A DNA stretch of 64,000 nt from Candidatus Poseidoniaceae archaeon (lineage in GTDB: Archaea; Thermoplasmatota; Poseidoniia; Poseidoniales; Poseidoniaceae): NCBI GenBank assembly GCA_938084675.1, contig CALKGM010000003.1:171-64170 (forward strand), read 5' to 3'. Positions 41,306 through 49,119 of this stretch are shown in pieces; within the stretch, counting starts at the first letter, position 1, and each line of letters starts with the position of its first letter. A model generated the notes under the pieces. It was not told the origin of the DNA and did not search any database. It saw only the letters and a program-made list of their open reading frames with translations. The translations under genes and the position numbers were made by a program.

Positions 41306-42505
41306 TTATCGTAATCGCTTGGGAAGAAGCAATTCAAGGCGGCTTGCGAGGTCAGCGGGAAGGTAGTGGGGCATGCTCAGGTGGGTGGTCCGTCCCCGGC
41401 CACCGGGTACGGTTGCAACACGCGAGGCGATGAGTCCAGCACCCTCGATGGTCTTGATATATTTCCACAGAGTGGTGTGACTCTTCGCTTTTTGTTCATA
41501 TTCTTCACAAACCACGGCGTAGAGTCCTTCGACATCACCCATGGTCATGGTCTCTTGCGTCTTCAATCGTCTGCACATGGCCAAGAGGGCAAGCATAACC
41601 GGTGCACTGAGTTCGTCGACCTGTTCAAGAAAAGTTGAGGTATCACGCGCAAGATTGCTGTTGTATGTGTGAACATCTTCGATACTGATCTTACGTTCTG
41701 AGTGATTGTCTTGCCTATACTCGCAGCGTTCCACAGCATTGCTAAGGAGTTCAATCACCATGCGAGCATCACCGCTCGGTGCGGCTTTTTCAGCCAATAA
41801 GGTCATGATCGAGTCACTCCATGTCCCTGGAACCAATCCTTCTTCAGCACGTTGCCTGACGATGGCTTCCAGTCCTTCTTGGGTGTAAGGGGGTATCCGA
41901 ACATGGTTGGTCATCCCAAATTTGGAAAGAACAGCAGTTTCCAGAACATCCAAAACCTGCTCTTGACTGATCAAAATTAACGAGAGGGTTCCTGTTCCTT
42001 GTTGGTCTTCATCTATTCGCAACAATTGGTACAGCAATTCATCTCCTGAACGACGAAGCATGTGGTCCACTTCGTCAAGGACAACTACGAGGTGGGAGGA
42101 GGAGTGTCGTAACATCTTCCTCAAACTCAACAAAAGCTCCCCCATTGAGAGTCCACGGTCTGGGTGGCCCGGGTCCAATTGATGGAGAATACGTTGTGCA
42201 ACGCGCATACTGGTTGATGCGTTACGGCAGTTAACATGGGCAATTTCGATGTTTCTCGTTCCGGCCAGGTGACGAGCCAAATCGCGACAGAATGTTTTGG
42301 CAAGAACAGTCTTCCCCGAGCCGACCGGTCCGGTGATTACGGCTCTTGACGAGCCTTCAGGGGATGCGATGGCGGTGAATTTTGACGCAAGTTCTTGCTT
42401 TACATCGTCACGCCCTACCAGCTCCTTCGGTATGTGGTCAAAATCCAATACGGCAGGGTTTGCAAGAATGAATCCCGCCCCGATTCGGTCAAGATAGCCG
42501 CTCAT
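41306..42505 (-). CDS. cdc6: Orc1/Cdc6 replication initiator
   Basis: ITGPVGSGKTVLAK (Walker A), VVVLDEVDHM (Walker B), SGDARMVIELL (sensor 2), and a C-terminal winged helix with GGRGRT. Confidence 0.92.
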   Translation of the reverse strand: MSGYLDRIGAGFILANPAVLDFDHIPKELVGRDDVKQELASKFTAIASPEGSSRAVITGPVGSGKTVLAKTFCRDLARHLAGTRNIEIAHVNCRNASTSMRVAQRILHQLDPGHPDRGLSMGELLLSLRKMLRHSSSHLVVVLDEVDHMLRRSGDELLYQLLRIDEDQQGTGTLSLILISQEQVLDVLETAVLSKFGMTNHVRIPPYTQEGLEAIVRQRAEEGLVPGTWSDSIMTLLAEKAAPSGDARMVIELLSNAVERCEYRQDNHSERKISIEDVHTYNSNLARDTSTFLEQVDELSAPVMLALLAMCRRLKTQETMTMGDVEGLYAVVCEEYEQKAKSHTTLWKYIKTIEGAGLIASRVATVPGGRGRTTHLSMPHYLPADLASRLELLLPKRLR

Positions 42506-42544
42506 AACATGGGAATGCTCTTGTCAACCGTTCTAAAAGATGTG

Positions 42545-42579
42545 GTTCTGTTCAGCCTCTAGACGAGGTAATTCAGAAC
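42545..42579 (-). terminator. nested hairpin followed by a short T tract on the minus strand, a candidate dph2 terminator
   Basis: GTTCTG (42545-50) pairs with CAGAAC (42574-79). Inner CCTC (42556-59) pairs with GAGG (42565-68). On the minus strand, TCTTTT follows the hairpin, which lies 18 nt past the dph2 stop. Confidence 0.3.
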
Positions 42580-42596
42580 GTATTGTCTGCTTCGTA

Positions 42597-43718
42597 TCAA
42601 GGGATTTCATCGAATTGGTAGCCGAGCTCCCATTTCTTTTCTCCAAGAGCGACTTCCATCTCAAATGGTGTAATCAATGGCTTGCGATACTTAACGGCAT
42701 CATCGATAGCGATTCGAGGGCAGGCTGTGTTTACAAATGCATCCACGGGGTAGAAGTCAATCAATTCTGGTCCGACATGTTCCAAGGCCAGCAAGTATCC
42801 CTTCTTTCCGTGCTTTGCAAGCATTCGCTTCATGCGCAGTGCAAGAGTGCGTCGCATCTGTCCTGGTTTTTCTCCAATGAGGATACCAAAGGTTTGTGCT
42901 TCTTGCACACTCATGATGAGACCGAAGCGTTGACGAAGAATTCGTTCAATGCGTTGGAGTGACATTTCTTCAGCATCGCCGGTATAAGGGTCGAGCATGG
43001 CAAGAGGCTTTCCGGTGTGTAGGACGAGTCCAATCGGGTGAAAATCCCCGCTCCCAAGGAACAGATAGTGGCCGATGCTGGGGTCATCTCCTGAATAATT
43101 GCAGCCGAGTACCTGGCCGGGGAACGAAAGACGTGCCCCGCCGATAGGGATGGTGACATCAAAGCCCGCCTTTTCCAAGCGGTCGTGGTATTCGGGTAGG
43201 AGGTGAAGGTGTTGAATGGACCCTACAAGGCCTAGTTTAGTACCAGTAAGGGGTGCCATGCGTCCTACTGCATCCATAAACCGCTCTTGCGCTTCTTCCT
43301 CGCTAAGGCCTTCTGTTTGGGTTTGCTTGGTCATTCGTTCTTGGGCCATGGCGCGATGTTGATTGAGCCAAGGGAGGACTGGTGAAAGTTCAGGGTCTCC
43401 ATCGTAGGTGACATTGATGAATTGTGTCGGCATTCCCGAGTCGATGTTCATTTGTGAATGGCCCATGTGTGCTACCAATTCAACACCCATCAGTTGCATC
43501 TTGTCGTGAACAAGGTCGCAGGCGCCGTAGCAAGGATCTGCTGCAAGTACAACTTGAGCACTGGTTTCGGTTTCAATGGTGTCCATCATCTCAAGGGCTT
43601 GCATCTTGAGCCCCTCGGGCACTTGAAGTGCAATCAGGCGGTTGTCATTGGTGCGGATGCGCTCCATGAGTTCATCCAATTCAAAGTCGTGGCGGTCTAG
43701 GTCCATGTGGCTCCCCAA
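42597..43718 (-). CDS. dph2: diphthamide biosynthesis radical-SAM enzyme Dph2
   Basis: LIALQVPEGLKMQALEMMDTIE...VVLAADPCYGACDL is typical of archaeal Dph2. Confidence 0.85.
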   Translation of the reverse strand: MGSHMDLDRHDFELDELMERIRTNDNRLIALQVPEGLKMQALEMMDTIETETSAQVVLAADPCYGACDLVHDKMQLMGVELVAHMGHSQMNIDSGMPTQFINVTYDGDPELSPVLPWLNQHRAMAQERMTKQTQTEGLSEEEAQERFMDAVGRMAPLTGTKLGLVGSIQHLHLLPEYHDRLEKAGFDVTIPIGGARLSFPGQVLGCNYSGDDPSIGHYLFLGSGDFHPIGLVLHTGKPLAMLDPYTGDAEEMSLQRIERILRQRFGLIMSVQEAQTFGILIGEKPGQMRRTLALRMKRMLAKHGKKGYLLALEHVGPELIDFYPVDAFVNTACPRIAIDDAVKYRKPLITPFEMEVALGEKKWELGYQFDEIP

Positions 43719-43760
43719 TCTAGCGGCGATGCCGCTCCCTCATCAATGCACCCATCAAAT

Positions 43761-44342
43761 TCAAACTTCGTCGTCCAAGAGAACGATGGTTTCTCCATCC
43801 ATGCGCAGGCGGACCAATGATTGAATCGAAATATCGGGGTAGAGCCCTCGTAGGCGAGTTAAACCGTCTCCTTTTTCAACAACTGCAATAATATGTGTTA
43901 CCCTGGCTTCGGCTCTATGTACGCCTTCAATGACGGCTTCTAGTGTTCCACCTGTGGAGAGTACATCGTCGATGATGGCAATACGTTCACCCTTCTTGAT
44001 ATCGTTAAGGAACATTGCTCCCTTGGAGTATCCGGTGGATTGGTCAATTTTCACCTCTCCCTCTAACCCATAGGCGCGTTTTCGGGCGATGACCAGCGGG
44101 ATTCCTGTTGACATGCTTAGGGGCGCAGTTAAGGGGAGGCCCATGGCTTCAATTCCCAAAAGAAGGTCAACATCTTCCCAATCAATACGGTCCCGTGATA
44201 GGTCTGTGATTGCTTGAAGAACATGTGGAGACATACGAGGGACGCCGTCAGTGATTGGATGAATGAAGTAAGGATAGTCGCCTTTCCAAATGATAGGAGC
44301 CTTGGCTAAACTGTCTCGCAACCGTTGCAGTGGTTCGTCCAT
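43761..44342 (-). CDS. hpt: archaeal-type hypoxanthine/guanine phosphoribosyltransferase
   Basis: YPYFIHPITDGVP and the PRPP-binding motif IAIIDDVLSTGGT. Confidence 0.78.
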   Translation of the reverse strand: MDEPLQRLRDSLAKAPIIWKGDYPYFIHPITDGVPRMSPHVLQAITDLSRDRIDWEDVDLLLGIEAMGLPLTAPLSMSTGIPLVIARKRAYGLEGEVKIDQSTGYSKGAMFLNDIKKGERIAIIDDVLSTGGTLEAVIEGVHRAEARVTHIIAVVEKGDGLTRLRGLYPDISIQSLVRLRMDGETIVLLDDEV

Positions 44343-44417
44343 ACCCTTACGAAGTGTCGTTCGTTTATCATCCTTCAGCGACGGAGCGACGCCGAACCAA
44401 GGTCTTAGGGCTGAATC

Positions 44418-44843
44418 TCAAAGTTCAGCGAGGTACTCAACGTACTCATCTGGTTCCAACAGGTTTTCCAGAACTTGCTTATCATCCGGGTTCATCTTGA
44501 GTTCGTGGGGTTCCAGTAGGATGACCCAACCGTGGTCGTAAGCGGAATCGTTGACCAAATCCGGACTGATTTCAACCTCACCGTTCACGTCAGAAATGAT
44601 TCCTGCGAAGGGGGATGTAAGGGATATTTTCTCGTCTGCGGTCCAAAGTGAAAACATGCTTCCACCCTCGTCAATCTCGGTCTCAGCTTGCGGTAGAATC
44701 ACTCGGAGTACATCCCCAATCTCGACTTTCATGTATTCACTGACTCCGATCATCAGCTTCTGGTCCTTTTGTTGATACCATAGATGGTCCAACGAATATT
44801 TTCGGTTGTGTGCAATAGCAAATTCCACGATTTCCTCATCCAT
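44418..44843 (-). CDS. glycine-cleavage H-protein-like protein, with the canonical lipoyl-lysine position not conserved
   Basis: KYSLDHLWYQQ..IGVSEYMKVEIGDVLRVILPQ...SPFAGIISDVNGEV..SPDLVNDSAYDHGWV aligns with GcvH. I use ATG 44843, because the upstream part of the track ORF is unsupported. Confidence 0.68.
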   Translation of the reverse strand: MDEEIVEFAIAHNRKYSLDHLWYQQKDQKLMIGVSEYMKVEIGDVLRVILPQAETEIDEGGSMFSLWTADEKISLTSPFAGIISDVNGEVEISPDLVNDSAYDHGWVILLEPHELKMNPDDKQVLENLLEPDEYVEYLAEL

Positions 44844-44963
44844 GGTTTTCCCTCTAGGCTCCGGCTCACGCGGGTGGTATATGAAGGCTGAGGAAAATTG
44901 TGGTGATGAAAATAAAACAAACGGGTTAAGAAACTCGGCATCTTGGCGTAGGTTGGTGGCACA

Positions 44964-46133
44964 ATGAACTTTCAAGAAACCGACGAGCAACAAATGATTC
45001 GTGAGATGGTCCGAGACTTCGCTGAAACTGTGCTTGCTCCAACGGTAGAGCACCGAGACAAACATCAAATTCCTCCGTCAGAGGCCTGGGAATCGTTCAT
45101 TGAATTCGGACTCCAAAGCATCACGATTCCCGAAGAATACGGAGGCTCTCCAGTTGATGATGTCTCAGAAGCTATCATTATCGAAGAACTCGCCCGTGTT
45201 GACCCTTCATTCGCAGTAATGTATTGTGTCCATGTTGGTTTGTGCTCAATGACCATCGCCCTCCACGGAGATGAATCTCAAAAGAAAGCCTACCTTCCTC
45301 GGCTTGCTGCTGGTGAAGTGGGTGCTTATTCTCTCTCGGAATCAGGTGCCGGAACCGATGCAGCGGCGATGGTTTGCAAAGCAAAGCTATCCGATGATGG
45401 AACTCACTATGTCCTCAACGGCGAAAAAATGTGGGTCACAAACGGAGCCCAAGCCAAGATTATTGTTCTCTTCGCCAAAGATGTTGACCATCCCGATTAC
45501 GGTGTCAAGAAGCACGGAGGAACGACCGCCTTCATCGTGGACGCAAGTTTCGATGGATACTCTGTTGGTAAGAAAGAGGACAAACTCGGAATACGCTCTT
45601 CAGACACCTGCACGCTCATTCTAAACGACTGCAAGGTCCCTGTAGAAAACGTGTTGAAAGGCGTAGGGAACGGTTTCCCTATTGCTATGAATGCTCTTGA
45701 TAACAGCCGTATCGGTATTGCTGCGCAGGCTCTTGGCATTGCACAAGGTGCCTACGAAGCAGCACTAAAATACGCTCACGAGCGTGAAGCATTTGGAAAA
45801 CCAATCGCTCACCATCAAATGATCATGGCGTATCTTGCAGACATGGCCACTCAAATCGATGCAGCACGATTGATGGTCTACAAAGCAGCATGGACCAAGG
45901 AACAACATTACCATGCAGGCGGCCCTCGTCATTCTAAAGAAGCGAGTATGGCGAAATTATTTGCAGGTGACACTGCAATGTGGGTTTCTGAACGAGCCAT
46001 TCAGGTGCTTGGCGGTTACGGCTACACCAAAGAATTCCCTGTGGAGCGATTCTTCCGTGATGCTAAGATTACCCAAATCTATGAAGGTACACAGGAAGTC
46101 CAGCGTATTGTGATTTCCCGTGCCCTAAAGTGA
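44964..46133 (+). CDS. acyl-CoA dehydrogenase (short/medium-chain type)
   Basis: YSLSESGAGTDAAAM, GEKMWVTNG, IAAQALGIAQGAYE and the C-terminal ITQIYEGTQEVQRIVISR. Confidence 0.92.
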   Translation: MNFQETDEQQMIREMVRDFAETVLAPTVEHRDKHQIPPSEAWESFIEFGLQSITIPEEYGGSPVDDVSEAIIIEELARVDPSFAVMYCVHVGLCSMTIALHGDESQKKAYLPRLAAGEVGAYSLSESGAGTDAAAMVCKAKLSDDGTHYVLNGEKMWVTNGAQAKIIVLFAKDVDHPDYGVKKHGGTTAFIVDASFDGYSVGKKEDKLGIRSSDTCTLILNDCKVPVENVLKGVGNGFPIAMNALDNSRIGIAAQALGIAQGAYEAALKYAHEREAFGKPIAHHQMIMAYLADMATQIDAARLMVYKAAWTKEQHYHAGGPRHSKEASMAKLFAGDTAMWVSERAIQVLGGYGYTKEFPVERFFRDAKITQIYEGTQEVQRIVISRALK

Positions 46134-46134
46134 A

Positions 46135-47196
46135 TCAAACTTCCCTGCAAACCAGTTCACGCACTGCAACTGACCACATGGCAGGTTGAACTGTGAGCGA
46201 AACATACTGCCCCGCAGCAAACAAAGACTCTTCATTTCGCTTCATCATCACTTGAACGATTGCTCCGTCAGTTGAAACACAGCGTGCAGTTACTCCTCCT
46301 CTGCACTCGCCTTCGCCAAGTAAAGTTTTACTGACTTCCTTCACCATTCCATTGAGCGTATAGGTTGGCGCGGCTTCAATGACCTTCATGGCCTCACTTC
46401 TCAATCGTGTTTTTTCAACAACCGAAATGAGGTCAGACAACTGTGCGGATGGTGGAGCCGATTGTTGCTCTTCTTGCACCGGTTGTGGTTCTTCTACGAC
46501 CTCTTCATCTTCGGGCCAATCTTCTTCAATAGGCTCTTCAACAGTGATGCTGATGGTATCGAGATGTTTGCCGAGAACCGAAAGACTGACTTTGTATCCA
46601 CCTGCTTCATCTGGTTCCAAAATGAACTGGTCCGAATTGGGATGATCCATTTCTTCTAAGGTTGTGGTAAATGTCTCCGGGGTAGAGACGCCATCTTGTA
46701 AAATTGTAATGGAATAGGATTCAACTTCAAGCGAGAATTTTGCTGTTAATCCGATTGGCTGGTCTATGAGATAAAGCGTTCGTTCCGAGGTGAGTGTTCC
46801 TGCGAGCGGGACGTCCAACTCAAACATGGATTCTGGAATTTCTAGGCCGTTTGCAGCAAGGAAGGCCATCCAATCTGCAACAGGAATCCCAGATGCGGGG
46901 TCTGCATTCACAAAGGAGAACATCAATTCAACCACCCATTCAGGGGGGCGTTCACCGGTCATTTTTGACAGAATATCTGAAAATTCATCAGCGGAAATAA
47001 TGCCGTCTTTGTCTTTGTCCAACTCTTGGGTGAGGCTTAAAGCGGACATTGAGGAACCATTGAGCCATGTGTTGAAGTTTTGATTGAGCAGTCGGGCCAT
47101 CCGGTTTTGTTCGCTTATGCTCTCCATCCGTTGTTTTAACGCAACGACTTGACCATCAAAAGTTGGACGGGGAGGAAGCAATATTTTCTCTGCCAT
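46135..47196 (-). CDS. hypothetical protein with a canonical EF-hand calcium-binding loop
   Basis: DKDKDGIISADE (nt 46984-47019) fits DxDxDGxIxxxE. A degenerate partner loop follows, then an acidic linker. No signal peptide. Confidence 0.55.
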   Translation of the reverse strand: MAEKILLPPRPTFDGQVVALKQRMESISEQNRMARLLNQNFNTWLNGSSMSALSLTQELDKDKDGIISADEFSDILSKMTGERPPEWVVELMFSFVNADPASGIPVADWMAFLAANGLEIPESMFELDVPLAGTLTSERTLYLIDQPIGLTAKFSLEVESYSITILQDGVSTPETFTTTLEEMDHPNSDQFILEPDEAGGYKVSLSVLGKHLDTISITVEEPIEEDWPEDEEVVEEPQPVQEEQQSAPPSAQLSDLISVVEKTRLRSEAMKVIEAAPTYTLNGMVKEVSKTLLGEGECRGGVTARCVSTDGAIVQVMMKRNEESLFAAGQYVSLTVQPAMWSVAVRELVCREV

Positions 47197-47245
47197 GTTA
47201 CGAATGCAGAACCGTCTCTATCATCAATGTGATGCCGCGTTGTCT

Positions 47246-48607
47246 TCAAGGAAAATGAAGTTGAGGCCACTTCAATGGGTCGCCATGCTGCCATGGAATA
47301 CGTGAAAGGTGTTGCTCAATTCCGTTCACTTCAGTGATATCGTGTTCGATTTGAAGCCGATGGAGCCAGTTCTTGAGCCGACCTAATCGCACCCCTTTTT
47401 CAACTCCAGTCCGCATCATGATCCAATGACCGTTAACAAGAGATTCATTGGATGTTTGTTGAGAGTCCAATGAAGACCATTTATGCTTCACCTCACTCAT
47501 ATTGCCCTCTAATACGCCTTGGCCATGAACCTTCACTGATTCGTCGTAGAGTAGGCCCTGAATCTCAAGATGAAGGGGGGCATCTTCTCCCACGCAGTAA
47601 CGGAATACTCGGAGAGAAGATGTATGTGCGCCTGGTATGGTGCCGAGGTTGCGATGGAAACGAATTGTTTCATTGAGAAGGGACTTTGAGAGCTTGAGGT
47701 CTCCAAGAGTTCGCTTTACTTCTGCTCTACTAAATTCCACCAACAGGAATCCCAAGCGATGTTTCAGCAACCAAGAATCATTGACATGTTTCCCGAAAAG
47801 AGCCAAAAGTTCCGGGCTGATAAAACGCAAAGAAGGCATGATGTGCTGGATTGTTCCGTCCTCAATCATGAGGTTAAGGACCTCAGCGGCGTTTCTACCC
47901 ATTATGATTTTTCTAAATTCAGTCCATTTGCGTTCAATGGCGACTTTGGCGAGGATGGGTTGCTTTGATTGCATGGCTCTATGCAGCGTTCCTTCAAGGT
48001 TCCACAGCCTCAATTGGCCTCGGTCAAGAAAGCGGTAGGCTCGGAAAATACGCAAACCGTCTTCATCGCAACGTTGCATCGGGTCTCCGACTGCCCGAAC
48101 GATGTGCTCCTCCATGTCTTTGGTACCCTTGAACGGGTCATAGAGCAGTCTCCTGGCCAAATCCACAGCCATGGAATTGAAGGTGAAATCACGACGACTT
48201 AGGTCTTCTTCAAGTGAAGTGCCCCACGTGACTTGGTCAGGTCTTCGCCCGTCTCGATACATGCTCTCACTTCGTAATGTTGTCAGTTCATAATGCTGGT
48301 TTTCGCCCTTGATTGTCACGGTTCCGAATTCAATTCCAGTGGGTATCGCCTGCTCTTCAAAGAGTTCCATGACCTTCTCAGGAGTACAGGTTGAACAGAG
48401 GTCAATATCTCCGTTTAGCACTCCGAGTAAGGCATCCCTTACACAGCCTCCAACGACCCAGATTCCGTGGCCTGATTCCGCAATTTTATTATGGATTTCA
48501 ATGAGGTCGTCAGGGAGTGTCTCAATCCATCGAATAAGTGGTTCAGGACAAGGGGTACCTGCAAGAGCAGCCTCTCTACCAAAATCCAACTGCTGCGTGA
48601 TGGTCAT
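47246..48607 (-). CDS. cca: class II (bacterial/eukaryal-type) tRNA nucleotidyltransferase / poly(A) polymerase family protein
   Basis: VVGGCVRDALLGVLNGDIDL, TTLRSESMYRDGRRPD and EEDLSRRDFTFNSMA are class II head-domain motifs. The track start is TTG 48661; I use ATG 48607. CCA-adding versus CC- or A-adding specificity was not determined. Confidence 0.78.
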   Translation of the reverse strand: MTITQQLDFGREAALAGTPCPEPLIRWIETLPDDLIEIHNKIAESGHGIWVVGGCVRDALLGVLNGDIDLCSTCTPEKVMELFEEQAIPTGIEFGTVTIKGENQHYELTTLRSESMYRDGRRPDQVTWGTSLEEDLSRRDFTFNSMAVDLARRLLYDPFKGTKDMEEHIVRAVGDPMQRCDEDGLRIFRAYRFLDRGQLRLWNLEGTLHRAMQSKQPILAKVAIERKWTEFRKIIMGRNAAEVLNLMIEDGTIQHIMPSLRFISPELLALFGKHVNDSWLLKHRLGFLLVEFSRAEVKRTLGDLKLSKSLLNETIRFHRNLGTIPGAHTSSLRVFRYCVGEDAPLHLEIQGLLYDESVKVHGQGVLEGNMSEVKHKWSSLDSQQTSNESLVNGHWIMMRTGVEKGVRLGRLKNWLHRLQIEHDITEVNGIEQHLSRIPWQHGDPLKWPQLHFP

Positions 48608-48678
48608 GGGTGCCTCAATTGAACATGGCGGGCCCACGGTTGAAAAAGCATTATGCCTCAACGGCTATTCGCCGAGGC

Positions 48679-49119
48679 ATGGAATGGTCAGAAGATGATG
48701 TGGAACTCGTGCCTCTAAGCTGGTTAAAGCCACATGAAGCAGTTAAGCCACGAAACCAGAAGAAATTGCTTGACATGACCCGGCGATGGGGCGGTTATAC
48801 GAAACCACTCATCGTTGATTCCAATACGGGGGCGATCCTAGACGGACATCACCGCCACGCCATTGCGATCGAATTGGGTTTAAACCGCGTTCCAGTTCTT
48901 TGCGTGGATTACCTCGGGAATGACGAAATAAGCGTTGATGTTTGGCCTTCTTGTGGGCTTGAGACACTTTCTAAAGAAGATGTCATTTCAATGAGTCTCT
49001 CTGGAGAAGTGTTTCCACCAAAAACCAGTAGGCATACGTTGGCTGATGATACGCCACCGATTTTCATTCCACTTGATGTTCTTCTTGAACCGCTCAATCA
49101 CGGCCCTGACGCGTCATGA
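48679..49119 (+). CDS. ParB/sulfiredoxin-like N-terminal domain protein
   Basis: LKPHEAV...PLIVDSNTGAILDGHHRHAIAIELGLNRVPV fits the ParB-like nuclease/Srx fold. I use ATG 48679 to leave room for a divergent promoter. Confidence 0.58.
   Translation: MEWSEDDVELVPLSWLKPHEAVKPRNQKKLLDMTRRWGGYTKPLIVDSNTGAILDGHHRHAIAIELGLNRVPVLCVDYLGNDEISVDVWPSCGLETLSKEDVISMSLSGEVFPPKTSRHTLADDTPPIFIPLDVLLEPLNHGPDAS

Noticed and set aside
10710-45068. N-terminally extended versions of several track ORFs: 10710 for the KaiC-like gene, 41337 for rps6e, 45068 for the GcvH-like gene, 3331 for rpoK, and the TTG/GTG starts at 4242, 9530, 35681, 39486, 48610/48661 and 57004.
   Set aside because: The extensions overlap neighbouring genes or divergent promoters and add sequence with no family support. 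Internal ATGs give proteins that begin where homologues begin.
48679-49119. The ParB-like gene read as evidence for a plasmid or partition locus or an integrated element.
   Set aside because: There is no parA, integrase or repeats, and the protein lacks the HTH and dimerisation domains of partition ParB.
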